A stretch of 62,139 nucleotides of DNA, counting the filler, from Sphacelaria rigidula (Eukaryota): the NCBI GenBank assembly GCA_964200075.2. It is 6 parts of 6 records of this genome, joined end to end, with 100 filler letters (N's around TTAATTAATTAA, not from the genome) between each part and the next. Parts side by side here need not be neighbours in the genome. Positions count along the whole stretch, not along the records: positions 31,124 to 41,397 come from CAXNAA020006818.1; positions 41,498 to 51,769 come from CAXNAA020006819.1; 4 more parts are not named here. One strand, 5' to 3'. The translations under genes and the position numbers were made by a program. Every line of letters starts with the position of its first letter. The stretch's first letter is position 1. The notes under the pieces were generated by a model. The model saw nothing but the letters and a program-made list of their open reading frames with translations, searched no databases and was not told the DNA's origin. Positions 40,118 through 50,682 of the stretch are shown in pieces.

Positions 40118-40272
40118 CATAGTCTGCTATGTCATTCTGTTCGACTTTTGTTAATTCTGTTCCTTCTTTTCTTCAGAGCGTGTTTCAGTTTCGTTTTCTT
40201 GGGTACGTCTATCATGAGACCACGGCCGGACCTCTCGAGGGTCAGTTAAAATGCGACAATCGATCAATCAAA
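40118..40272 (+). repeat. Retroposon 3' end with (AATC)n tail, second copy
   Basis: ttctgttcgacttttt...gaccacggccggac...aatgcgacaatcgatcaatcaa. Confidence 0.65.
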
Positions 40273-40546
40273 TTAATCATAGCATTCGGTTGAAATGTCA
40301 CGTGCTGCTGGTCTTACTGCTAGGTACACAACCGGGGTCCCGTACAGCTGTTGTTTCTTACACGTTTCCGGAGATCCCGTGTACCTACCGTCCACCTGAC
40401 AAGCCCCGGCGCCAAAAGAGGCTGGTGTAACGAATGCTCCTGTTGCGGTATAGGGCTCGAGGTCTAGACGATCACAGTTGGCTGAAACGCGTTTCTTTCC
40501 TCCACCTTTTTATTTCGTCTGAAAAACAAAAACAAAACACAATCAG

Positions 40547-40656
40547 GGTCATCGTCGATGAGGCTCAGGAGTTGAGCCTCGAAGATGCTGGTGATGGAGA
40601 CGACGCTGGCACGCAGAACTCCGCCCTCATGAGCCCCAGCAAAATGGAGACCTTAG
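40547..40656 (+). CDS. Internal exon with RVIVDEAQ (Walker B-like) motif
   Basis: A-rich acceptor aaacacaatcag and TAG|gtatgt donor. Phase-compatible with 37234-37346, giving FPNRVIVDEAQELSLED...METL. Confidence 0.65.
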
Positions 40657-41397
40657 GTATGTTACGTAGTATAGTACCTATACGTCTAAAAGCACCCCTC
40701 CTCGTGTGTGTGTGTTTGTAATGGAAAATGTTGGTCGTGTTTGGCACCATGTCGGCGTCTACCGCGTACATCGGTATATGTTGTATGCTATTGCGTCAAC
40801 ACAATCTCTGGGTCATGACTGTTTGGGATCCCAATGGTCACCCTACGATAGAAGGCTCACGAATCAACAGAGAGAACAGAGAACGAAATCAGGTTCCTTC
40901 GGTGTATGACAAGTATCGAGTTTCATTGTGTATGTCGGTGTTGTGGACGAGAGTCACTCAATAGTGGAGGACGAGGTAAGGAGCTCAGCCACGACCTAAC
41001 CAACCGCTCGACGTCAGCTGATACTGACATGTCACTGAGGCGTCATGCGTAGCATGGCACTCGTCGTCCGTGGCAAAATATGGTTGTGGGTACATGCGAT
41101 GGAACATGGGGATACCCAGGTAATTAAATACGACTCTCTTTTTTTATACACGTGCTAGCTTCCCTTGCGTCTTATTGACCAAAGATAGAGTGCTGCTGCT
41201 GCTGCTGCTGCTGCGTGGTTTTGTATTTCTATACCCCGCGGATGGTGCAATTATTTTCACGACCTCACTTCTTCATTTTGTTGTCATGATACATTTCCCC
41301 GCTCCCCCCCCCCCCCCCCCCCCCCCGCTCCCCCGCTTCCGCCCACCACCACCCACACCCCTTTTTTTTCTTTTTCCTCTTCAAACACCAAACCCAC

Positions 41398-41497
41398 NNN
41401 NNNNNNNNNNNNNNNNNNNNNNNNNNNNNNNNNNNNNNNNNTTAATTAATTAANNNNNNNNNNNNNNNNNNNNNNNNNNNNNNNNNNNNNNNNNNNN
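41398..41497. other. Artificial contig linker
   Basis: Same structure. Confidence 0.98.
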
Positions 41498-42066
41498 CCA
41501 ATTAGTCGAACGCCAGTGTAATAAGGATAGATATGGACGGACTCCACACAGCTTCCTTGATAGATCGATGTGCAATAAGCCATGCACGGTGTGCAATGAT
41601 GTGTCCGGAAGCTATATGATTCACAGGTAGGCTCACGTGACCGACGGTCAACAGTAGCAAACAGGCAGAAGAAGCTCAAAGGCTTGATGTCTTGTAACTC
41701 TCACTTATTATTCCCTTGCTCGCCTAGCACACTGTTCTCACCAAAGGTAAACAGTAGAAGCAGATGTCCGGCTCGAAGGGCAGCTCAAGAGTGATCGAGT
41801 GTGCATGGAACGCAACCTATCCAACCTCGGCCCGAGAAGGCGTTTCGCCTCCTCGGGACTAGGGCATATCAGCCTGCACACTAACCTTCCCCAGCTAGGG
41901 TACACCGGTCTGTACACCAACCTTCCCCAGAACGTAGTCTGTACATGGACCTTCCCCAGAACTATGGGAGCATTCCCATGGATGGATCGAGTGATCTGTG
42001 AGCCAACCTGCCCCAAAGTTGTCTGTGGGAACAAATAATGCCTCTCTATCTTCCTTCCTCATGACA
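41498..42066 (-). repeat. 3' LTR of element A (truncated by contig start)
   Basis: Starts TGTCATGAGG on the minus strand at 42066. Contains three degenerate ...accttccccag.. sub-repeats. Confidence 0.85.
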
Positions 42067-42077
42067 CTCACCCACCC
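42067..42077 (-). promoter_or_regulatory. Polypurine tract of element A
   Basis: GGGTGGGTGAG immediately before the TG of the 3' LTR. Confidence 0.75.
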
Positions 42078-42667
42078 AGACGAACCTCTATTTGAGTTCC
42101 GATGAAATCTCAAGAGCAACTAAAATTGAGGCTTGTGTCACCCATCAAGTCATGAGGAGACAACGCAAAAAAAGAAAAACAAGAGGGCAATGACCAGCCC
42201 GGTGCTCGATCCTCCCACACCTCAAAAAGAAAACCCAAAGGTGCCTCAAAAAGCGCAATTGCGCAATTGCCGTTGACTGCGCAGTAGCACACAATGCTGC
42301 TGCGAGCTCGCGAACAGACGGAAAAAGCACACATTGCTTTTACGCACTAGCTAGATAAAAAGCAAAGGACAACCTCGCAAAAGACACAGTGGCAATCTCA
42401 AGCAGGAAAACAAAAACTCAAGGACCTAGGGTCGAGTGCCAGCCAGACAAAGTGGCGGCAGCGTAAAGGCCGATGGAAGGGGGCGAGGGGGGTCCAGGGG
42501 AAGTCGTCGACGGGGCTGATGAGGGTAGAGACGAGCCGCGATAGGAGAGCCATCGTAGGTGAAGCAGTGAAGAGGAGAGTATACCTGAGTGGGAACAAGG
42601 GGAGTACCAGAACCAAACTGGGAGGGGAGATAAAAGTCGCTATAAAGGGAGTGCGGATAGGTAGGAC

Positions 42668-44366
42668 TCAAGATGGTGCATTGATGTCGTGTGTACAATC
42701 GATATTGCGCTGAAGACCCCGGCGTAGGTCGTGTGACTTGAAGCGTTCTAGGCACCAGGAGCCGCGGGGTGCGGAGGGGCTGGTCGTGTAAAAATCGGGG
42801 CGAAGCTTGAGCTGAACGGGCCCAGGATCGTCAAGGAAACGCACGATGTACGTGTCGGCCACGGGGGCATCGACGGGGTGGATCTGACCTAGCCACCAGA
42901 GGTAATCGCTGCCCTTATACCACAAGTAGGCACCTTTAGGGAGCGGTTGTTGTTTTGCGCGAATCTTTTCGTTCCATTTTTTGGTGGGTATGAGTTCGTA
43001 ACCATCGGCTACAAAACGTAGTCCTTTGTCGCGGTGGAGTTCGCGGGCTGCGGCACCGCGTCTCATGCTGCGATATCCCTTGTTGTCAGCGAGCTGTTGC
43101 TGTGGGGATTGTGTCCAATAGAGAAGGATAGCACGACGGTGCAGTTGAAGGTCGTACTCGCGTTCCCAAGACGTACGCCGAAGACCTTGCCAGTGTGTCT
43201 TGTACATAACTGCAATTTTGCCGCCAGGGCCTCGAGTAATTTGGTGGCCGGAAATGTGGAACACGGCCAAGCGGAGAGGTTTTTCAGTCACGTCATCGGT
43301 GGTGACGCGATACGGTGGAGATTTTGTCGAGTATCTGTTGAGCACGTATTGAGTGAGATCTGCAGGCAGGTATTGAGGCATGTCCGCAGTGTCCTGCGGG
43401 TTTTTGCAAGGCTTGCAACGATGCACAGAGACACGAGATTTAGCGTCGTGCCCGTGGAGGTCACGACGTAAATCGAGGTAGAGGAGTTTGTCGCCAACAG
43501 ACTTGCCGTCAGGAGACGTCGGCAAGGGTCCGACGATGAGAATCTTGAACGGGCCCGTCCAATTGAGGGACAGTTTGGTCTTCAAGACTGTTGCCTGGGC
43601 AGTGCGGTCAGCGCCTTGACGGATGGTGGACAAACTGTTGTAGATCTAGACCCAATCTCCGATTTTCCAAGTATGGCGTTTGTGCATCAAGTTGTAGAGG
43701 GCGGTGTTGGATCTTTCAAGGCGTGAGGCGTTGATAGCGTGTTCTTCGCGCACCAAAGTGAAAGCCTTGCGTTCACGAGCCCGGGTGAGGTCGTAGTAGG
43801 ACAGCTGATCCTGGTGCAGACCTTGGTGACCATCGAAGGTATGTCTTTCGAAAACGATGATGGGCAGACGAGGGTAGCGTCCGAGATGTAGCTCGTTGGG
43901 CGAGAGGCTCGTAGCCGCGTTAACCGAATTGTTGTAAGACAGCATGACATGCGAAAGATGAAGGTCCCAGTCATTCTGGCGGTCGTTTACGACCATGGGT
44001 AGTATTTGAGCCATCGTGTGGTTCACACGTTCAGTTCCACCGTTACCGTTAGGGTGGTAGGCGCTCGTGGCAATTATGCGAATGCCGAAAAGCTTGAACA
44101 AAGCATCCGAGGCTTCGGAGCAAAATTGTTGACCATTGTCGGAGAAGAGCCGTTTCGGGCAGCCATAGTGCTTAATGTAGTCATGGACGAGATGTCCGCT
44201 GTGCCGGCAGCAGTGAAATCGCTAACATTAACAGCGTACATAGCCGCGTGACGGCTGAAGCAATCGGTGAAAAGCAGAATGTAGGTACTACCACGGTGAG
44301 TGGTGGGTAAAGGGCCGAAGTAGCCAAACGATACGAAGTGACCAGGAGCGTTTGGGGTAAAGCACA
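42668..44366 (-). pseudogene. Integrase of element A with GPF motif, chromodomain and extra PWWP/Tudor-like C-terminal domain
   Basis: Motifs YFGPLP, YILLFTDCFSR, SDNGQQF, AYHPNGNGGTERVN, KLSLNWTGPF. Chromo-like ISGHQ...YKTHWQG...TSWE. GAYLWYK...YLWWLGQI...YIVRFLDD. One frameshift (~44190) and a TAG at 43646-43648. Confidence 0.88.
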
Positions 44367-44741
44367 GCAAAAAGAAAGCACTCTAAAAGCTAAATAAAAA
44401 TCAAGGACTGTGGTCTGCTACACTAAGAAAGGGAAGGTACAGGTGAAACAAAAACAAACGAGGGACAGAAGTGAACTATGTCTAAACAAGGCAACGAGGC
44501 TACAAGAATACGAGTGAAAGGCTGCTGAAAAATCAAGTAAGACATGGCCAATTAGTCGAACGCCAGTGTAATAAGGATAGATATGGACGGACTCCACACA
44601 GCTTCCTTGATAGATCGATGTGCAATAAGCCATGCACGGTGTGCAATGATGTGTCCGGAAGCTATATGATTCACAGGTAGGCTCACGTGACCGACGGTCA
44701 ACAGTAGCAAACAGGCAGAAGAAGCTCAAAGGCTTGATGTC

Positions 44742-44989
44742 TGTGAACCTGCCTGCAATCAGAACAAGGTTACAGTGCTGCTCCAGAGGCTTCCTCCCAG
44801 TCACGGGCTCCAGAGACTTCAATATTTCAAGCAGTTATACAAACGGCAGTCTTCGTTAACCAGAAGTAAGCTTCACGGGCTTTCCTCATGAACACGATAT
44901 GTTACGCATCCAATAGCCATCCTCCAAACAGTCAATCCAGGATCCGCTGCATATCTACATGATGGATACTGTAGGTGGACTACTCTACA
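44742..44989 (-). repeat. 3' LTR of element B
   Basis: TGTAGA...TTCACA on the minus strand. Preceded by purine-rich GGAGGGTGC (44990-44998). Confidence 0.95.
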
Positions 44990-45268
44990 GCACCCTCCAA
45001 AACTTCGCACTACTTGAAGTGAAAAGCGAATTTGACAAAACAGTAGACACGGACAGTACCCTACGATGTCAACAAGAGACAAGCATTATCAGACAACATC
45101 AGGTCAAATCACGATGCCCCCCCCCCAGTATAATCCTAACTCACCAGCACGAACTACTCCAACATGTTAGGCAAACAATAACCAAGCGGTATACTCAACG
45201 TACGTCAAATGGCATAGTAGAATCCATGAACTACGCCAACAACCAATCACAGCTTGAAACCCAATCAA

Positions 45269-48200
45269 TCAGAGCTTGAGCCCATACTTAGCCAGCAAAC
45301 GGACCCGTACCTGCTTTGTTAGTCGCAACTTACGCAATTTAAAACGTACGAACTGCGGGGCTCCTTCCAAAATGGTTTCCAGAAGCACCCACGAGCTCTC
45401 ATCCTTACCGAAACCTACCCATTCCACGTGTACAACGAATCCATCACCGTCTTGAGCCTCGGACAAGTCAACGACCGTCTCCATCTCGAATTCTCCTTGC
45501 GCAAACGCATACTGGAACACTTCCTTCAGATCCGCAGTGACCGCCAGCTGCTTGTCCGCGTAGTACCGTAGACGGGAGACATGCGCGTCCTTCACCTCTC
45601 CATTGACGATATTTTGAATCTCGTACACATGCTGATGCTCCGCTGCCACGATCCTCCACGGTCCTGTCCACGTACGTACGAATTTTGGCGTTGTATCTGA
45701 GCGCCTGACCCTCGCAGCCAACACATAGTCACCCACCATGAAATTTGGCAACTGTCCCTTACTAGCTACACGTCGTTGCAGTTCACGAGTCTTCTCAACA
45801 CGCTGCGCCACCTCCTTGTGCAACGCTTGCTGCGCCTCCACGACTGACGCCACCTTCTCCCGCAGCATGTCCTCATCCAGCACATCAAGTCGCCACTCGC
45901 CGCCAGTCGACGATGCCAGGGTTGAAAAACTTGTGCGCGGCGCCCGTCCAAACATCACATGGTATGGCGTACTGGCGTAGCGCTCGCGGAATGCCGTGTT
46001 CAATGCCCACTGGACGGCAGGCACCAGTCCCACCCAGTCACGAACGTCGCGCCTCTCTTCTTGCAGCATGGCCTTCAAAGTGCGGACAACCTCGCGCATC
46101 ATCCTTTCACACGTACCATTTGACCACGGCGAGTTTGGAACCGCGAACCTCCTGTCCAGCTTCAGCGCCTTCTCCAATGCTCGCATCACATGGTTCTTAA
46201 AGTGCGATGCGGTGTCACTAACCCAGACCTCCGGCGGGCCCAACGCCTTGCACCACGCCAGCAGATGCTGCACAGTTGCTGCAGCTGTACAAGACTCGGT
46301 GGGCTCCAACCACGCGAAATTGCACAGATCATCCATCATTAAAAATATGTACTTGTACCCGTCGCCTTCATTCAGGCCGCTCTCGCCCAGCGGGCCACTT
46401 TCGCCAACGTACAGATAATCAAAATGTATCACCTCACCGGGCCGTGTGCCATGCACTGTCTCCCCTAGTGGCCGCGGGACCATCTCACCCGCTTTCGAGT
46501 CCACACAATGCAAGCATTTCCTAACAAAATCCGTCACATGAGCTTCCATCTGAAACCAACAGCAATACTCTTGCAGCCGCTGCAGTGTCGCCACAACACC
46601 CCGATGACCCACCTCCTTCATGTGAGCACACACCATCAAGCGTGTTTGCAGCTCTTTTGCTTGCGGCGGGATCCACAACACATTCCGCCCTGCTACATGC
46701 ACGCGAAACAAACCCTCACCGTCTTTTGAAACTCGCCCAACAGCTGCTGCAAAGGTAGGGGCTCCAGCATCCATCACTCCAAACCCGGCTTGAGCCTGCT
46801 CTTGGGCCTCACGAATAGCGTCCTTCGACGGCAGCGTTTCATCAGGCTGACCGCTCGCAAACACGGCCGCAGCACGTACAGACACCGCCGGAACGTTTAC
46901 CCACCTTGACAATAAATCTCCCCAGCAGTTGCGCTCACCAGCAATGTGCCTGATGGAGTAATCATACTGCCCGAGCACAGCCTTCCATTGCTCGAGCCTC
47001 TGGGCAGCAGTCTTAGACACGGATGCAACGCACGCCTCGGGGTTGAAGATATATGCGAGGTTACGATGATCGGTAAAGATATGTACCCCACCCCAGAGAA
47101 GATACTCCAACCTACGAAAAGTACTGACGATTGCATAGCCTTCCTTGTCCACCGTAGCCCACCGAACCTGCGCTCCACGAAACGTTCCGCTGAGAAATCC
47201 CATCGGCTCATGGCTCATGTCTTCCACCGCCAATATACCACCCAGCTCATCCTCGGGCACCTGCGTGATAAAGCTGCCCCAGTGTAGGTCCGATGCGTCT
47301 GGAAACATGAGAACCTCATACCCCTGCTTGGGATATGACAAAGCGACGGCATGCGCCACCAAATCTTGCGCCTCGTGCCACGCCTGAGCACGCCTGGACG
47401 TCCATGCTGACTCCTCGATCGTCCGGTTTGACGCCACCCGCTTGGTACGGCGCACGTTCCCCTGCATGTGTTCCTCCAGTAATACCCGCAGCGGCTCCAC
47501 CACCTCCGCCAGACGCGGCAGGGACGTTCTCAGCCAGTTTACCGCCTGCAGGAACTGCATAAGCTCGCCTGCCGTGCGCGGGCGCCTAAGATTGGCCAAC
47601 CCGCTCAGTCTCTCGCGGTCATGAGCCACTTGACCACCTGAAAAGACCTTTCCGCACCACGTGATCTGTGTGTCGTAAAACATACACTTGTGCGCAGCCG
47701 CAAAAAGACCAGCATCCTCCAAACGGCCCAAAATCTCGTCAAGTGTACACAAAAGATCATCCTCATCTTTACCCCACCACAAGATATTATCCACCCATAC
47801 TTTGCACTGAAGGCCGGTCAATAATCCTGTCATGATGCCCTGGAAGTACCCCGTCGCATTCAACACCCCTTGCGGCACCCGTGTGGGGGTAAACCGACCT
47901 TCGGAAGTCGCGATCGTGAATATTCCTTGTGCATCAGCCGCCAACGGCATCTGCCAGTACCCCTGCAGCATATCAATCTTGCCAAAACACGCAGCGCCCA
48001 GCAGGTCGATCATCTCCGCCTCGTGGTTAGGCAAAACATTCGGAACCTTCTCAATCTTCCTGTTTACCGCGCGATAATCACTCACCAGTCGATAGCCGCC
48101 CTTCTTCGGCGTCGCCATGGCCGCACTCGCCCACACCGCCTGTAAGCTGCGAAAGACTAGCCCAAGCGCCACCAGCGTTGCCATACACCCCGCTAACCAC

Positions 48201-48727
48201 GTTGCCTTTACAGGGAAATACACCCGCGGGCTCGCCTTGACTGCCCTAGCCCCGAGTTTAAATCTCACCTTCAAGGGCTCTACTCGAGCAGGCGGATTAC
48301 CGCGCAGTGCTCGCCTAAAAGGATTGACACGGCATCCAACAACCTCCCGAAGCCTATCAACGCCGCTCGCCGACGTACCCTTGTCCGCAGCCGCCTGTAC
48401 TGCATGATCCAGTGCAACACGATCCTCTGCCAGTTCCTCCTCTGGATTTATGTCCATCTCGGGACTACGCGACATCAATTGCTCAACGGAGGGATCCACA
48501 GGCTCGTCTTGTCCACCTGGATCCTGTAACGCCTCAATGGCAATGCTCACACGCCTACATTCTCGGAATTCAGGCGTATCTACACCTCTGACCAACGCGT
48601 GTCTTGAGCGTGCGCATGCGTCCAGCCCATTGTACACGTCAATGCCCACGGCTTCCAGCGTACCGCTCCCGAAGATTACCACATCGGCACCTGGCATAAC
48701 CGCATAGTGACACGGATCCTTCACCAC
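45269..48727 (-). CDS. pol: Pol polyprotein of element B (RT, RNase H, integrase, chromodomain)
   Basis: 1152-aa ORF. RT: DYRAVN, GYWQ, PQG, WVDN. RH: DAS, DKE, TDHRNL, DLLSR. INT: H-H-C-C, FDY, SDT, ERMMR, WTGPW. Chromo: VEWVGFGKDESSW. Confidence 0.95.
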   Translation of the reverse strand: MVKDPCHYAVMPGADVVIFGSGTLEAVGIDVYNGLDACARSRHALVRGVDTPEFRECRRVSIAIEALQDPGGQDEPVDPSVEQLMSRSPEMDINPEEELAEDRVALDHAVQAAADKGTSASGVDRLREVVGCRVNPFRRALRGNPPARVEPLKVRFKLGARAVKASPRVYFPVKATWLAGCMATLVALGLVFRSLQAVWASAAMATPKKGGYRLVSDYRAVNRKIEKVPNVLPNHEAEMIDLLGAACFGKIDMLQGYWQMPLAADAQGIFTIATSEGRFTPTRVPQGVLNATGYFQGIMTGLLTGLQCKVWVDNILWWGKDEDDLLCTLDEILGRLEDAGLFAAAHKCMFYDTQITWCGKVFSGGQVAHDRERLSGLANLRRPRTAGELMQFLQAVNWLRTSLPRLAEVVEPLRVLLEEHMQGNVRRTKRVASNRTIEESAWTSRRAQAWHEAQDLVAHAVALSYPKQGYEVLMFPDASDLHWGSFITQVPEDELGGILAVEDMSHEPMGFLSGTFRGAQVRWATVDKEGYAIVSTFRRLEYLLWGGVHIFTDHRNLAYIFNPEACVASVSKTAAQRLEQWKAVLGQYDYSIRHIAGERNCWGDLLSRWVNVPAVSVRAAAVFASGQPDETLPSKDAIREAQEQAQAGFGVMDAGAPTFAAAVGRVSKDGEGLFRVHVAGRNVLWIPPQAKELQTRLMVCAHMKEVGHRGVVATLQRLQEYCCWFQMEAHVTDFVRKCLHCVDSKAGEMVPRPLGETVHGTRPGEVIHFDYLYVGESGPLGESGLNEGDGYKYIFLMMDDLCNFAWLEPTESCTAAATVQHLLAWCKALGPPEVWVSDTASHFKNHVMRALEKALKLDRRFAVPNSPWSNGTCERMMREVVRTLKAMLQEERRDVRDWVGLVPAVQWALNTAFRERYASTPYHVMFGRAPRTSFSTLASSTGGEWRLDVLDEDMLREKVASVVEAQQALHKEVAQRVEKTRELQRRVASKGQLPNFMVGDYVLAARVRRSDTTPKFVRTWTGPWRIVAAEHQHVYEIQNIVNGEVKDAHVSRLRYYADKQLAVTADLKEVFQYAFAQGEFEMETVVDLSEAQDGDGFVVHVEWVGFGKDESSWVLLETILEGAPQFVRFKLRKLRLTKQVRVRLLAKYGLKL

Positions 48728-48729
48728 CG

Positions 48730-48960
48730 GCCCCCAGCTGGTGTGCAGCGGTGCGCACTAGGCACGTCTTCGACTGCATACTCCGTACATTACCATCAGC
48801 CAGTTTCACCGGGTGTGCACGAGCCATACTGGTGAGAACAGACACATTAGGGAACACTACTTGCAACTGGGCCACCACTTTTTCAGACATGATAGTGGTG
48901 CCAGCCCCCGAGTCCAAAGCTGCAGTAACGAGGCAGACGTTCTTGACTGTGGAACCTGGA
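48730..48960 (-). pseudogene. Aspartic protease of element B, frameshifted relative to pol
   Basis: AALDSGAGTTIMS and VKLADG. Frame change at about 48745. Confidence 0.85.
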
Positions 48961-49134
48961 ACTGGTAAGTCTGCCCGGCAGCATTGCTGCTTGCGGTAAA
49001 CTATTACACCCTCAGCCTGTAAATCTGCAACCCCAGCGGTGCAGACCCCGCCATACCGGCATTGTCTGAGACGTCCACTCCTGAGCCGGTCCCGTCGCCA
49101 GTTGGATTTGAGCTGCAGGAGCTGGAGCGGAAGG

Positions 49135-49245
49135 CTAGGGCGGCACCATGCTATCCGCACTACTCGTACCCCCTTGCGTTCCATCCCCTGGGAAAACAGC
49201 CCGGGTGGGAGCAGGACCTTTACCGCCCCCCCGCTGACCATGGAC

Positions 49246-49282
<37 letters not shown>

Positions 49283-50253
49283 GGCGGCGACGACGACTTT
49301 GCTTGCCCACCGGACGCACTCACCGCGGCCGCAGGTGTGCTCTGTTTGTGACAGTCCTTCTTGTAGTGGCCCTTATCGCCACACTCAAAACAAGCTGCCT
49401 AGCTCGGACCAGGTTTGTGGGGATTTTTTTAGCTCTTACCGCCAGTACCTGCGCCGCCAGTACCTGCTGCGACGGCAGCAGCCACGGCGCCGGCACGCGA
49501 TGTCAGGTGTTTTAGCCTTGTGAGCCGCTTTTTTGCCTAAGTTGCGGTTACTATCGGCGGTGTTTGTCAACCTCCTCGACAGTTTTCCATATTTTCGCCA
49601 AGTCACGAGCTACCTCATATACCACTTTCGGGTTCTCTTTCCATTCCCTTTTCATACAAAGTATATATTTGAACTTTATTCTTGAATTTAGGTGGGGTCA
49701 GGCCGGCGACCATAGCTTTGGTACTAACGTGTGCTGGACCAGCCTTGAACGTACGGTCAGATTCAAGGAAAACGCACTCGGCACCTGCGTTTCCCGCGAA
49801 GTACTCCTGTAATGAACTCCATTGCCCCTCTACTCGACCCACTGCAGTTGGTTCAGACCGTGCGGCAAGGGCTTTTTTCACGCCTGCTGGACATTCGGGA
49901 GGATCAAGTTCCATCTCGATCCAGCATTTGGCATGGCGTGCAAACCCTTGCTGCAATTCGTCTTCGTCGAGTGGCGACCCGTCAAAGATGGTGTCAGACA
50001 CGCAGTTCTGGATGTGCTTTGGCACCAACTCTTGCATGGTCAAGAGTGCGCACTTTACCGACCAGCTTTGGTTACCTTTCCCCACTGCCTCCTCATAGTC
50101 GCGATACCTTTGGTAAAAGCATCTGGAAGCTTGCTCACTGAATACTCGCCCATGTTCGGGCAATTTCAAGGATCTACCCAAGGTCAATGCGGTTACTGCA
50201 AACTTCACCTCATCAACCGTCTCGCTGGTGCCTCCTTTCCTTCGCGCTGCCAT
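49135..50253 (-). pseudogene. gag: Gag of element B (disrupted) with CCHC zinc knuckle and polyQ
   Basis: 212-aa ORF at 49615-50253. CFECGDKGHYKKDC at 49351-49392. (CAG)n read as about 12 Q. Stop at 49135. Confidence 0.85.
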
Positions 50254-50430
50254 CCTTCCAACAGCCTCCTGTCACCGCAGTCGCCTTGGATTCGTGTGGC
50301 CTGCGCCTCTCTCTACGCCGCTTCTCCCCCCTCTGCTATTCAACGTGAGCGTCCTCATTTTTTACAAACAGTCGGGTGCGACGTCCAAAACCCAATCCAG
50401 AAACGACAAGTTTCCTGAATAAACGTTTAT

Positions 50431-50682
50431 TGTGAACCTGCCTGCAATCAGGACAAGGTTAGAGTGCTGCTCCAGAGGCTTCCTCCCAGTCACGGGCTCC
50501 AGAGACTTCAAGACTTCAAGCAGTTATACAAACGGCAGTCTTCGTTAACCAGAAGTAAGCTTCACGGGCTTTTCTCACGAACACGATATGTTACGCATCC
50601 AATAGTCATCCTCCGAACAATCAATCCAGGATCCGCCGCATACCTACATGTTGCATGGATACTGTAGGTGAACTACTCTTTA
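50431..50682 (-). repeat. 5' LTR of element B
   Basis: Matches the 3' LTR with 12 substitutions and a 4-bp indel by manual count. The outer 3 nt differ (homology stops at 50679). Confidence 0.95.

Larger units (their letters stand above)
41498..44741 (-). mobile_element. Internally deleted Ty3/Gypsy element A (partial 5' LTR, integrase-chromo-PWWP-like, PPT, 3' LTR)
   Basis: 41498-41692 is identical to 44548-44742. Integrase motifs present. PPT abuts the TGTCA LTR start at 42066. gag/PR/RT/RH absent. Confidence 0.9.
44742..50682 (-). mobile_element. Near full-length chromodomain Ty3/Gypsy LTR retrotransposon B (disabled)
   Basis: Two ~250-bp LTRs, gag CCHC, and the order PR-RT-RH-INT-chromo. 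PPT present. No TSD found. Confidence 0.97.

Noticed and set aside
45738-50422. Numerous plus-strand ORFs within element B
   Set aside because: Antisense shadows of gag/pol with no independent motifs.
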